A stretch of 64,000 nt of DNA, taken from Thermoanaerobaculia bacterium (GTDB lineage Bacteria > Acidobacteriota > Thermoanaerobaculia > Multivoradales > JAHEKO01). This document shows, piece by piece, positions 20,598 through 30,425 of the stretch (its first letter is position 1; every line of letters starts with the position of its first letter). The DNA lies in the NCBI GenBank assembly GCA_041574955.1, contig JBFGNS010000002.1, positions 6,316 to 70,315 of the forward strand, in the 5' to 3' direction. The translations under genes were made by a program, and so were the position numbers. The notes under the pieces were generated by a model that did no database searches, was not told where the DNA came from, and was given only the letters and a program-made list of their open reading frames with translations.

Positions 20598-21899
20598 ATG
20601 CATCGCAAGACGCCGCAGGCAGTAAGCCGTGCGGCGACGACCGCCGCCCTCGCGCTCGCACTCCTCACCGCCGCCACCGGACTGCCCGCCGACGCCGGCG
20701 CGCGGCTCGACGAGCGGGGCGTGGTCGCGCTGCTCGAAGTCATGGACGCCGTCGCGCGGCTCCACCCCGGCTTCGAGACGGCCACGGCGGCGGCCACCAG
20801 CGAGGCCGAGCTCGAGGCGTTGCGCGCCGCCGGCCGCGAGCGGAACCGGGCGAGCGCCGAGCTCGCAGCGGCGGTAGAGCGGATGCTGTCCACCGAGACC
20901 TACCGCGTCTACTTCCGCCGCTTCTCGAACCTCACCCCCGAGCTGCTGCGCGACCTGGTCCTCGATCTGCCCCACCGCTGCCGCCCGGCACCGGGCGACG
21001 TCGGGCGGATGCTGTGCGAGCTGGTGCGGCGGCGCGGCGAAGTGCGCGCCCGGCTCGAGCGGTTTCTGGACCAGATCGACCTGGCACGGGTGCACGGCAC
21101 CGCCCTCCACTGGCTGCCCGGGGAAGGGCATCCGGTTCCCACCATGCACCTGATCTGGGACAGCAACGCCGGCTCGTTCGCCGCCGAGGGCATGCCGTTC
21201 TTCAACCTGTACACCTCGGGCATCCTGGGCGAGCTCGCGGGCGGCGAGGCGTCGATCCGCGACGCCGAGCTGGTGATGGCCCACGAGCTGCACCACACGC
21301 TGGCCGAGCCCTTCCTCGCTGCGGGCGACGACCAGGGTCTGCCCTGGGATCGACGCTGGATCGGTCGGCTGACCCGCGGCATGGTCGGCGAGGGCGCCGC
21401 CAACCACTGCAACCCGCCCGCCGGCTTCAAGCGCCAACTGTACGAGGACCCGGAGGTCGTGGCGACGCTCGTGGCCCGCCTGGAGGAGCTCCTGGGCCGC
21501 CTGCGCGACGGCTCGCTCGATGAGCCCGAGATGCGCCGGTGGATGCGCGACAGCTACTTCGCCGCCGCCGAGTCGCTGCTGCGCCGCCACCTCGAGCGGC
21601 GGTTCGCCGGCGACGAGCTGGAGGCGATGATGCGCCGCCACATGCCGTTGCGCCCCGACATCGAGCACGCCCTCGGCTGGTGGATGGTGTCGCGCATCTC
21701 CCTGTCCGGCGAGCGGCGGAGCGACCTGCTGGCGCTGCTCGAGGACCCGTCCAGCCTCTACCGCCGCTACAACCGGGCCGTGGCAGCGGCCTACCCGGAG
21801 CTCCGGCTGAGCGCGGCGGCCGTCACCTACCTCGAACGGCTGCTCGGCGCGGGGGCCACGGAACGCCCGCGCAACCCAGACGGCGGCACCGCGGGCTGA
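20598..21899 (+). CDS. Secreted HExxH putative Zn-metallopeptidase
   Basis: Signal peptide; MAHELHH followed later by GEGAANH (possible third-ligand Glu). Confidence 0.6.
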   Translation: MHRKTPQAVSRAATTAALALALLTAATGLPADAGARLDERGVVALLEVMDAVARLHPGFETATAAATSEAELEALRAAGRERNRASAELAAAVERMLSTETYRVYFRRFSNLTPELLRDLVLDLPHRCRPAPGDVGRMLCELVRRRGEVRARLERFLDQIDLARVHGTALHWLPGEGHPVPTMHLIWDSNAGSFAAEGMPFFNLYTSGILGELAGGEASIRDAELVMAHELHHTLAEPFLAAGDDQGLPWDRRWIGRLTRGMVGEGAANHCNPPAGFKRQLYEDPEVVATLVARLEELLGRLRDGSLDEPEMRRWMRDSYFAAAESLLRRHLERRFAGDELEAMMRRHMPLRPDIEHALGWWMVSRISLSGERRSDLLALLEDPSSLYRRYNRAVAAAYPELRLSAAAVTYLERLLGAGATERPRNPDGGTAG

Positions 21900-22037
21900 T
21901 CCGGCACCGGCGGCGGCGACGTCGAGCGGCGGCCTTCTGATATAACCGGCGCAAGAGTTCCATCCAGCGGCGGGATGTGGCGGGGCGCCGGCGGCGCTGG
22001 CCTCACCGCGGCCGCCGCGGTGGGAAGGAGGTGCAGC

Positions 22038-22919
22038 ATGGGTCCGAACCTGATCAAGCAAACCGGACTGGCCACGGCGGTCGTGGCGGTGGTGCTGACG
22101 GCGGGCGCCGCAGCGCAGACGGAGGGACCGCTGGCGGCGGTGCGCTACGGCGAGGACGCGATCGCCTGGAAACCGGTGGTCGAGTACAAGGGCCTGACGC
22201 TCACCCTCTCCGGACCGGTGTCGCTGGAGCGCAGCTTCCGGCCGGGCGACCGGGTCGAGCTGAGCCTCAAAACCGAGCAGGGGCCTCTACCCGACGGCAG
22301 CTACTCGTGGGAGCTCAGGGGCCAGCCGGCGGTGGACCCGGCGCTGCAGAGGAAGATGACCGAAGCTCGCGCTGCCGGTGATCAGAAGATGATGGACGGC
22401 CTGTACCGCGAGGGCTATCCCAGCGCCCTGCCGTCCCAGACCGGCGCCTTCACCGTGGCCAAGGGCAGGATCGTCAACGCCGGCGTCGAGGAGGCGGTTC
22501 CGCGCGCCGCACCGCGGGGGACGGTGTTCGAGGGAGATCTGGAGATCGGCGGCAACCTCAAGGTCGCCGGCACCAAGAGCTTCGTGGCGCTCGATCCGGA
22601 CGGCAACCGCCGCCTGGTCTACGCCGCCCTCGAAGGCCCGGAGGCCGGCACCTACTACCGCGGCAGCGCCCGCACCGTCGACGGCGAGGCGGTCATCGAG
22701 CTGCCCGACCACTTCGCCGCCGCCAGCGAGCCGGACGGCCTGACCGTGCAGCTCACCCCCCTGGGCGGCTGGGCGCGGCTGTTCGTGGCCGAGAAGAGCA
22801 CACGGCGGCTGGTGGTGCGCGACGCCGCGGGCGGTGACGGGGTGGCCTTCGACTTCCTCGTCCAGGGCGTCCGGCGGGGCTACTCGGACTACCGGCCGGA
22901 GGAGCCGCTGCCCGAGTAG
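22038..22919 (+). CDS. Secreted protein with C-terminal tail-fibre/chaperone-like module
   Basis: SD GGAAGGAGG before ATG 22038; signal peptide; C-terminal KSFVALDP...YAALEGPEAGTYYRG...IELPDHF...TVQLTP. Confidence 0.6.
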   Translation: MGPNLIKQTGLATAVVAVVLTAGAAAQTEGPLAAVRYGEDAIAWKPVVEYKGLTLTLSGPVSLERSFRPGDRVELSLKTEQGPLPDGSYSWELRGQPAVDPALQRKMTEARAAGDQKMMDGLYREGYPSALPSQTGAFTVAKGRIVNAGVEEAVPRAAPRGTVFEGDLEIGGNLKVAGTKSFVALDPDGNRRLVYAALEGPEAGTYYRGSARTVDGEAVIELPDHFAAASEPDGLTVQLTPLGGWARLFVAEKSTRRLVVRDAAGGDGVAFDFLVQGVRRGYSDYRPEEPLPE

Positions 22920-22966
22920 CAGACCGTCCACCCACCGCCGCTGCCGTGCCCCTCGAGGGCGCCCGG

Positions 22967-23755
22967 CTACTCCGGCGGCTGCTCGGCGCGGCGCCGCCGC
23001 AGCTCCTCGAGCTTCTGGCCGATCTGCGGGTTGCCGGGGTTGGCCGCCTCGAGCTGCTCCAGGGCGGCGATCGCCGCCGCCAGCTCGCCGCGGCGCTCCT
23101 CGACGGCGGCGAGCGTCATCAGCGCCCAACTCGAGCCCGGGTTGAGCTCGAGCTCGAGGCCCAGCAGTTCGGCGGCCGCGTCGAGCCGGTCGGATCTCGC
23201 CAGCCGCTCGGCAGCCCGCATCAAGGTGCTCTCGCCGAAATCGTACGCCTGACCCTCCAGGTGCTCCTCGCGCAGCTCACGGTAGCGCGCTACCGCCGCC
23301 TCACCGCCCTCCTCGGATGCCACCCGCACCAGGATGTCGGCCAGCTGCTCCGGGCGCGCCGCGCCGCGATGGCAGGTGACGCACTCGACCCGCAGGCGGC
23401 CAGCCGGCTCGACGTCCAGCCCGGCCAGGAGCTCGCCGTTGATGCGCTCGACCATGCTCAGCATGATCCGCGCCTTGCGCTTGGTCTCCTTCTGGTCGGA
23501 GGCGAAGTCGAAGGTCGCGATCGGCTGCCCCTCCTCGCCGACGTGGCAGTACTGGCACCGTACCCCGAGCGCGAAGGCGAAGTCGCGCATGGTGCCGATC
23601 AGCTCGCCCACCTCGGTGTCGGCGGCGAAGTGCTGCAGGTTCTTGATCTCCGGCGGCCACTGCTGCGCCGTGGCTGCCGGTACGGCGAGCGCCGTCGCCA
23701 GCGCCGCCGCCGGCAGCGTGTGGAGCCAAGAATGGCCTCTAGCGGGTCGTCTCAT
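22967..23755 (-). CDS. Dihaem c-type cytochrome (reaction-centre cytochrome c-like fragment) with C-terminal TPR repeats
   Basis: Signal peptide, KNLQHF, ALGVRCQYCHV, KRKARIMLSMVERIN, VECVTCHRG, then TPR-like helices. Confidence 0.8.
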   Translation of the reverse strand: MRRPARGHSWLHTLPAAALATALAVPAATAQQWPPEIKNLQHFAADTEVGELIGTMRDFAFALGVRCQYCHVGEEGQPIATFDFASDQKETKRKARIMLSMVERINGELLAGLDVEPAGRLRVECVTCHRGAARPEQLADILVRVASEEGGEAAVARYRELREEHLEGQAYDFGESTLMRAAERLARSDRLDAAAELLGLELELNPGSSWALMTLAAVEERRGELAAAIAALEQLEAANPGNPQIGQKLEELRRRRAEQPPE

Positions 23756-23914
23756 GCGCGCTTCCCTCCTGGGCGGGTCGACACCCCCTCTACGCAACCG
23801 CTCGCTCGGGGTTTCCTGTCCGGCCGGACTCCGGCCGGCGGCGGGCGCCGCCCGACACCGCTCCTGGCACCGGGCCGGCGGCAACCGACAGGGGCGAGGC
23901 CGCCCGACAAGCGG

Positions 23915-25699
23915 TCAGAAGCTCCAGAAACGCGGGATGAAGATCACCGACAGCATCCAGAACAGGAGGCTGAGCGGGACGCCGGTTCTCAGGAAGTCGG
24001 TGTACTTGTAGCCGCCCGGGTTGTAGATCATGGTGTTGGTCTGGTACCCCACCGGCGTCGAGAAGCCGGTCGAGGCGGCGAAGGTGATTGCCATCAAGAA
24101 CGGCCGCGGATCGACGCCGATCTGCTCGGCGGTCGAGATGGCGATCGGTGCCAGCAGCACCGCCGCGGCGTTGTTGCTCATGGTGTCGGTCATCACCGAG
24201 GTCATCAGGTAGACCACCGCCAGCACCGCCACCGGGCCCATGTCGCCGACCATCCCCACTGCCCGCCCGGCGATCAGACCGGCGGCACCGCTCTTCTGCA
24301 TCGCGATGCCGAGCGGCAGGATGCCGGCGAGCAGGAAGATCACCTGCCAGTTGATGGCGTGATACGCCTCCTCGAGCCGCAGGCAGCGGGTCAGCACCAT
24401 CGCCAGGCAGCCGAGCAGCGCGGTCACCAGGATCGGCAGCACGTTGAACGCCGCCAGCGCCACCACAGCCACCAGGATACCGAGCACCAGCGGCGCCTTG
24501 TGCTTGAGCGCCATGCCGGGCACCTCGTCCAGCACGATGAAGTTCTCGTCGGCGCGCAGCGACCGGATCTGCGCCTCGTGGGCCTGGAGCAGCAGCGCAT
24601 CGCCGAGCTTGAAGGTGACCGAGTTGAGCTTGTCCTGGATCGGCTCGCCGCGGCGCTGGATCGCCAGCACCAGGGCCTTGTACCGGTTGCGGAAGTCGAG
24701 CTCCTTCAAGGTGTTGCCGATGAGGTCGGAGCCCGGAGCCACCAGCGCCTGCACCAGCCTCAGATCCTCGGTCTGAAGCGTCTCGTCGCGCAGCTTGAAG
24801 GCGGCGTTGAGCTGCAGCTTCATCGAGTCCTGGAGCCGCATCAGCTCGCGAATCCTGCCCCGCACCAGCAGCACGTCGCCGCTGCGCACCGCCTGGCGCA
24901 ACGGCGCCCACACCGCCTTGGTGACGTGCAGCAGCCGCAGCACCGTGACGTCGTGGTCCTCGCCCAGCCGGCTGTCCAGCACCGACTTGCCGACCAGCGG
25001 CGAGTTGTCGCCCACCCGCAGCTCGGTGATGTACTCGCCCAGCTGGTAGGTGACGGCCAGCTCTTGCGCCTTGCGGTTGGGCAGCAGCCAGCGCCCGAAC
25101 AGCAGGAAGAACAGCACTCCCGCGACGAACAGGATCAGCCCCATGCGGCTGAACTCGAACATCGAGAACGCTCCGTAGCCGGCCTGATCCGAGATCGAGC
25201 TCACCAGCAGGTTGGTCGAGGTGCCCACCAGCGTGCACACGCCGCCGAACTGTGAGGCGTAGGAGAGCGGGATGAGCAGCCGCGAGGCGGCGATCTTCCG
25301 CCGGTTGGCGACGATCATCACCAGCGGGATGAACACCGCCACCGCCGCCGTGTTGTTGACGAAGGCCGAGATGACGGTGATCGTCCCCATGATCACCACC
25401 AGCGCCAGGAAGTAGTTGCGCCCGAAACGCACCATCAGCCGGCCGACGGCGGCGGTGGCACCGGTCTTCTGCAGCCCGGCGCTCAGGATGAACATCGCCG
25501 CCACCGTGACGGTCGCCGGGTTGCTGAAGCCCGACAGGCCTTCCTGCGGCGTGATCAGCCCGAGCAGCAGCAGCACGCCGAGCACCAGCAGGGCCACGAA
25601 GTCGATCGGGTACTTCTCGGAGACGAACAGGGCGACGGCGCCGACCAGGATGGTCAGCACCAGCAGCGCCTCGACCGTCACGGCCTGGCCCCACGGCAC
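23915..25699 (-). CDS. SLC13/DASS family permease with two TrkA-C (RCK-C) domains
   Basis: LSGFSNPATVTVAAMFILS, VNNTAAVAVFIP, TLVGTSTNLLV, two RCK-C repeats, TPVGYQTNTMIY. The start may be the GTG at 25681. Confidence 0.92.
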   Translation of the reverse strand: MPWGQAVTVEALLVLTILVGAVALFVSEKYPIDFVALLVLGVLLLLGLITPQEGLSGFSNPATVTVAAMFILSAGLQKTGATAAVGRLMVRFGRNYFLALVVIMGTITVISAFVNNTAAVAVFIPLVMIVANRRKIAASRLLIPLSYASQFGGVCTLVGTSTNLLVSSISDQAGYGAFSMFEFSRMGLILFVAGVLFFLLFGRWLLPNRKAQELAVTYQLGEYITELRVGDNSPLVGKSVLDSRLGEDHDVTVLRLLHVTKAVWAPLRQAVRSGDVLLVRGRIRELMRLQDSMKLQLNAAFKLRDETLQTEDLRLVQALVAPGSDLIGNTLKELDFRNRYKALVLAIQRRGEPIQDKLNSVTFKLGDALLLQAHEAQIRSLRADENFIVLDEVPGMALKHKAPLVLGILVAVVALAAFNVLPILVTALLGCLAMVLTRCLRLEEAYHAINWQVIFLLAGILPLGIAMQKSGAAGLIAGRAVGMVGDMGPVAVLAVVYLMTSVMTDTMSNNAAAVLLAPIAISTAEQIGVDPRPFLMAITFAASTGFSTPVGYQTNTMIYNPGGYKYTDFLRTGVPLSLLFWMLSVIFIPRFWSF

Positions 25700-25867
25700 G
25701 GGCCGGCCGCGCGCCTGGTGGCACGGGGTGGGCCTTCAGGGTTCTCGAGCATCGCGGGCTCCCTCGTCGGTGGGGCGGCCATTCTAGCCCGGCGCCGCTC
25801 GGCGGCGCGACCGCGGCGCCGACCCCGGCCGGCGGGCCGTGGAGCGGCCCCTTCGGCCGGCGCCCGC

Positions 25868-25900
25868 TTGCGGTCAACAAGAAAAGGTCTATACTTCTTG
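25868..25900 (+). promoter_or_regulatory. Sigma70-like promoter (TTGCGG-N16-TATACT) overlapped by inverted repeat CAAGAA-N11-TTCTTG
   Basis: AT-rich patch upstream of the radical SAM gene; SD GAGGAGG before ATG 25947. Confidence 0.55.
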
Positions 25901-25946
25901 ATTACCCGCGCGACAAGGCGCGTGCCGCCCGACCGAGGAGGAGACC

Positions 25947-27515
25947 ATGGGCAGAGTGGCACTGATCTCGCCGTACAACTACCCTTCGATGCCCGTCCGG
26001 CTGCTGCACGGGGTGCTGAAGGAGGCCGGCCACGAGCCGGTGTCGATCTTCTTCAAGCGTCACCGGCTGGACCGCATGGGCCCGCCGACCGATCGCGAGT
26101 ACGAGCTGCTGAGCGAGACGATCGAGCAGATCGACCCCCTGTTCGTCGGCCTGTCGCTGCGCTCGACCTTCGCCTCGGTGGCCAAGCGCGTGGCGAGCCG
26201 GCTGCGCGACCAGGGCCGTATCGTGGTGTGGGGCGGCACCCACGCCACCGTCGCGCCGGAGGACTGCTTCGAGTTTGCCGACGCGGTGTGCTCCGGCGAG
26301 GGCGAGGGCGCGCTGCTGGACATCACCGGGCGGCTGGAAGCCGGCGAGCGCGATCTGCGGGGCATCCCCAACCTGTGGACGCCGCGCAACGGCAACGGCG
26401 AGTTTGTCCAGGAGCCGATGCGGCCGCTGATCGAGGACCTCGACTCGGTGGCGCGACCGTGGTGGCAGGACGAGGGCTGCTGCTACATCGAGAACGACGA
26501 GGTCACGCACGCCCTGCCCGCCGGCTTCATGACCTCCTACGACCTGATGAGCTCGCGCGGCTGTCCCTACCGCTGTGAGTTCTGCTGCCACAGCGTGCTC
26601 GCCAAGCAGGTCTCGGGCCTCGGCAAGTACCTGCGCCGGCGCTCGCCCGAGTCGGTGGTGCAGGAACTCGAGTGGGCCAAGGAGCACTTCCCGACGGTCA
26701 ACCGCATCCGCTTCTGGGACGACGTCTTCCCGGCGGTCAACATGAGCTGGCTGGAGGAGTTCTCGCGGCTCTACCGCGAGCGGGTCGGGCTGCCGTTCTG
26801 GTGCTACACCTACCCCACCACCTCGCGCCCGGAGATCCTCGAGCTGCTCTACGACGCCGGGCTGCGCTACCTCGGGATGGGCATCCAGAGCGGCTCGGAG
26901 CGGGTGCGGACCGAGGTGTTCAACCGGCCAAGCAAGACCGGCACGATCATCGAGGCCGGGCAGAACTTCAGCCAGTTCGACATCCACCCCGAGTACGACC
27001 TGATCTGCGACAACCCGTTCGAGAACGAGGCCGACTACCTGGAGACGCTGGAGGTGATGCTGGGCCTGCCGCGGCCGTTCAGCGTCTACCAGCACTCGCT
27101 GTCTTACTTCCCCAACTACCCGCTGACCCGCAAGGCGATCGAGGACGGCCACATCCAGCCCTCCGACGTCGAGCACCACACCGGCAAGGGCTACCTCCAG
27201 TGGCACGACGAGTTCTCGCGCAACCGGCGGCCGGAGCACATCTTCTGGGTGACCATCTTCTATCTCACCCAGTTCGCCGTGGTGCCGCGGCGGTTGATCC
27301 GGGCGCTGGCGCACAGCCGGTTCTTCCGCCGCCGCCCGGTGCTGCTCAACAGCCTGGTCAAGCCGTTCGGGCGCACCGCCGAGAAGCTGCGCTGGGCGCG
27401 GCTGTACGTCAAGGAGCGCGGTGCCCGGGTGACCCTGGGGCGGCTGCTGCGCAAGATGGCCCTCATGGTGCGCTCGGACCACGGTGGTGCGCGCGCCGTG
27501 TGGGGCGCGGACTGA
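25947..27515 (+). CDS. B12-binding domain radical SAM protein
   Basis: N-terminal cobalamin-binding-like domain (VVWGGTHAT...GEGE), SRGCPYRCEFC (CxxxCxxC), RRRSPESVVQE, GIQSGSERV. Confidence 0.93.
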   Translation: MGRVALISPYNYPSMPVRLLHGVLKEAGHEPVSIFFKRHRLDRMGPPTDREYELLSETIEQIDPLFVGLSLRSTFASVAKRVASRLRDQGRIVVWGGTHATVAPEDCFEFADAVCSGEGEGALLDITGRLEAGERDLRGIPNLWTPRNGNGEFVQEPMRPLIEDLDSVARPWWQDEGCCYIENDEVTHALPAGFMTSYDLMSSRGCPYRCEFCCHSVLAKQVSGLGKYLRRRSPESVVQELEWAKEHFPTVNRIRFWDDVFPAVNMSWLEEFSRLYRERVGLPFWCYTYPTTSRPEILELLYDAGLRYLGMGIQSGSERVRTEVFNRPSKTGTIIEAGQNFSQFDIHPEYDLICDNPFENEADYLETLEVMLGLPRPFSVYQHSLSYFPNYPLTRKAIEDGHIQPSDVEHHTGKGYLQWHDEFSRNRRPEHIFWVTIFYLTQFAVVPRRLIRALAHSRFFRRRPVLLNSLVKPFGRTAEKLRWARLYVKERGARVTLGRLLRKMALMVRSDHGGARAVWGAD

Positions 27516-27579
27516 GCGGCACAGCCGCCCGCGACCGGTGGCAGGGGCCGCCCCGCCGGCCGGCACGGGCCGCGCCCGA

Positions 27580-28821
27580 TCAGCCGACCGCGCTCGCCCG
27601 CGCCGCGGCCGGCCGGGCTTCGGTGCCCGGCTCGGCTCTCACCGACAAGCCGGCCGCCACCGAGTAGAACAGCTCGGTCCAGTCGCGATCGCCCCACTCG
27701 CCGCGACCCGGTCCGGTGCGCACGAACACCGTCCGGTGCCGCGGCGAGACGTAGACGAACTGCCCGTAGCGGCCTATCGCGCAGTAGTCGGAGCGGCCGT
27801 CGCGGCGGGGCACGATCCACCAGCCGCCACGATAGCCCCAGCTGCGACCGTCCCAGCGGTCGAGCTCCGCCGGCTCGTCCAGCTCGGTGGTGCGCTCGAT
27901 CCAGGCCTCCGGCAGCAGGCGGCGGCCGGCCGCCATCCCGCCGTCCAGGTAGAGCTGCCCGAAGCGGGCCAGATCGCGGGCGCGGGCGTGAAAGCCGCTC
28001 TCCATGCGCTCGAAGCCGCGGTCGTCGACCGTCCAGCCGGCGGCTGCCTCGGCGCCCAGCGGCCGCCACAGCTCGCGCTCGAGATAGCCGGCTACGTCGA
28101 GGCCGGTCGCCCGGCGCAGGACGAGGCCGAGCAGCGGCGGGTTGAAGTTGTTGTACTGGAAGCCGCCGGGCGGCGAGGCGACCACCGTCCGTTCGAGCAG
28201 CACCGATTCGAGGTCTGGGTGGTAGTAGATCAGCGGGTTGTCGGCGGTGAAGAACGGAAACTCCACCTCTGACGAGTAGCGGATGCCCGAGACCATGTCG
28301 AGCAGCTGGGCGACGGTGATGCGGTCGAAACGCTGGTCGCGGCGGGCGAGCTCGGGCAGGTAGCGTGTGACCGGCGCGCTGGCCTCCACCAGGCCGTCCC
28401 GTACCGCCACCCCCACCAGGGCGGAGGTCACCGATTTCGAGATCGAGAAGCTGTTCTGGAGGCTGGAGCGGTCGTAACCGCGCAGATAGCGTTCCGCCAC
28501 CAGCCGGCCGCGATGGACGACCAGCAGGGCGGTGGTCTCGGTCTCGTCGAGCCAGCGATCGAAGCTCTCGATGTCCGGATGCTCCTCGAACAGCGCCGGC
28601 AGGCCGGGATCGAGAGCTTCGCTCAGCCGACTGGGCGCCTCGGGGGCCGCGACCAGCCGGGCCGGGAACCGGTGGATGTCCTCGAAGTCGGCGTCCCGGT
28701 AGGCCATCACCCGGTAGACGTAGGGCAGCGGATAGCGCAGGTGGAGCGCAAGCAGGGCGAGCGCCAGGGCGGCCAGCCCGGCGGCGGCTACGAGGCGGAA
28801 TCTGGAGCGGCTTGCCGGCAT
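27580..28821 (-). CDS. Serine hydrolase (beta-lactamase class C/NylB-like)
   Basis: SFSISKS (SxxK), FQYNNFN (YxN), LLDMVSG, AIGRYGQF; start placed at MPASRSRF. Confidence 0.88.
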   Translation of the reverse strand: MPASRSRFRLVAAAGLAALALALLALHLRYPLPYVYRVMAYRDADFEDIHRFPARLVAAPEAPSRLSEALDPGLPALFEEHPDIESFDRWLDETETTALLVVHRGRLVAERYLRGYDRSSLQNSFSISKSVTSALVGVAVRDGLVEASAPVTRYLPELARRDQRFDRITVAQLLDMVSGIRYSSEVEFPFFTADNPLIYYHPDLESVLLERTVVASPPGGFQYNNFNPPLLGLVLRRATGLDVAGYLERELWRPLGAEAAAGWTVDDRGFERMESGFHARARDLARFGQLYLDGGMAAGRRLLPEAWIERTTELDEPAELDRWDGRSWGYRGGWWIVPRRDGRSDYCAIGRYGQFVYVSPRHRTVFVRTGPGRGEWGDRDWTELFYSVAAGLSVRAEPGTEARPAAARASAVG

Positions 28822-29008
28822 CGGACCGTACTGTTTCGACCGCCCGGCGGCGCAAACGGTTGCAGGCTCCGGCCGCCGCCACCCCCGCGGCGGGCGCGGC
28901 GCCAAGAGCGCCGCCAACGCCACGTGGTCGGCATCTACGGCAGGGGCCCCCCCGCACCCCGCTCCCGGAGGCCGGTCGTCATAGGGTGGCCCGGCGCGCT
29001 CAGCACAC

Positions 29009-30334
29009 CTACCGGCGCTGGTTGGCAGCCGGGGCGTCGACCCTCGGCAGCGGGTAGGTGTTGCCGCCGGTCGTCCAGTCGAGCCGGCTGACCCGGCCGT
29101 CCTCACCGAGCACCACCGTGATCTCGGCGTAGTCCTGGGGCGAGAACAGCGTCCGCTCGCCGGTCGGGATGAGCAGCCATTCGTCCATCAGCACCCGGCC
29201 GTCCACAACCCGCAGCTCGAGGTTCCTGCCCGGCCGCAGCTCGTAGAGTCCCTGGTAGCCGCGCAGCAGCTCCAGAGCCACGTCGGCGGCCACGGCCCGC
29301 ACCGGCGCCGGCGTCGGCACCTCCTCCCCGGCCGCGATCCCAGGTACCGCCTGGCGGATGCGGTCGAGCGCTCCCGAGGTGAGGTTACTGGCCAGGCTGA
29401 CCGTGATGCCGCTTTCCGCGTCGTGGTCGATGAACGCCCGGTAGCCGTGGGCGGCGCCGTTCCAGCTCACGCCGCCGTTGTCGCGCACCAGCAGCTCCCT
29501 CGCCCGCTCTCCCAGCTTGCCGGCCAGCAGCGCCCGCTCGAGCGCCAGCAGGTCGCGCGGCGTCGAGTAGACCGAGCCGGCGCCCACCAGGTAGGAGATG
29601 TCCGCCGGCGGCGCGTTGCGCAGCCCGCGGGTGTCGAACGAGTAGCTCGCCGCCCGCCGCTCGAGGATCGCGCGCGTGCCGGCGTCGGAGGTGTCGCTCA
29701 TGCCAGCCGGCTCCAGCACGTGCTCGGCCAGCAGCTCGGCGTACGGCTTGCCGCCGGCCAGCTCCAGCACACGCGCCAGCACCGAGAAGCCGGCCGAGCT
29801 GTAGACGCTGTCCGAGCCCGGCTCGAACACCAGCTGGCGCCGGGCGGCCAGCTCCACCATGCTGGCGGGCGTCTGCGGCCGCGTCTCGTCGAGCGGCTCG
29901 GTCACGCGGTGCGGCAGGCCCGAGCTGTGGCGCAGCAGGTGGCCGACCGCGATCTCGCTGCCGCGGGGGAAGTCGGGGAAGTACCCGGCCAGCGTGTCAT
30001 CCAGCGACAGCCGCTCCGCCTCGAGCAGGCGGGCCAGGATGACGATCGTCATCGGCTTGTTGATCGAGCCGACACAGTACCGGGTGCGGGGTGTGTTGGG
30101 CACCGCGTGCTCGCGGTTGGCCAGACCGAACGATTTCTCGTAGACGACCTCGCCCCGGCGCGCGACCAGCAGCGTCCCCGACAGGTGCCCGATGTCGAGA
30201 TACGGCTCCAGGTAGCGGTCGATGCGCTCTGCCAGAGGCGCCTCCACCGGGGCCTGCGCGGCATGCACCGCGCCGGCCATGACGGCCACGACGACGAGAC
30301 AGGCGAAACGGCTGGCGGAGCTCTTGGGCTGCAT
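29009..30334 (-). CDS. Secreted serine hydrolase (beta-lactamase-like) with C-terminal extra domain
   Basis: Signal peptide, GSINKP (SxxK), LLRHSSGLP, YSSAGFSVLA, PAGMSDT. Confidence 0.85.
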   Translation of the reverse strand: MQPKSSASRFACLVVVAVMAGAVHAAQAPVEAPLAERIDRYLEPYLDIGHLSGTLLVARRGEVVYEKSFGLANREHAVPNTPRTRYCVGSINKPMTIVILARLLEAERLSLDDTLAGYFPDFPRGSEIAVGHLLRHSSGLPHRVTEPLDETRPQTPASMVELAARRQLVFEPGSDSVYSSAGFSVLARVLELAGGKPYAELLAEHVLEPAGMSDTSDAGTRAILERRAASYSFDTRGLRNAPPADISYLVGAGSVYSTPRDLLALERALLAGKLGERARELLVRDNGGVSWNGAAHGYRAFIDHDAESGITVSLASNLTSGALDRIRQAVPGIAAGEEVPTPAPVRAVAADVALELLRGYQGLYELRPGRNLELRVVDGRVLMDEWLLIPTGERTLFSPQDYAEITVVLGEDGRVSRLDWTTGGNTYPLPRVDAPAANQRR

Positions 30335-30425
30335 CGACACCCCCTGAAACGGTATCCGGCTGGAGGTTAACCCATCCGCCGTACCCGTTCGCGCCGCGGT
30401 CGCCGGCGCGGTAAGGTCGCCGCCG

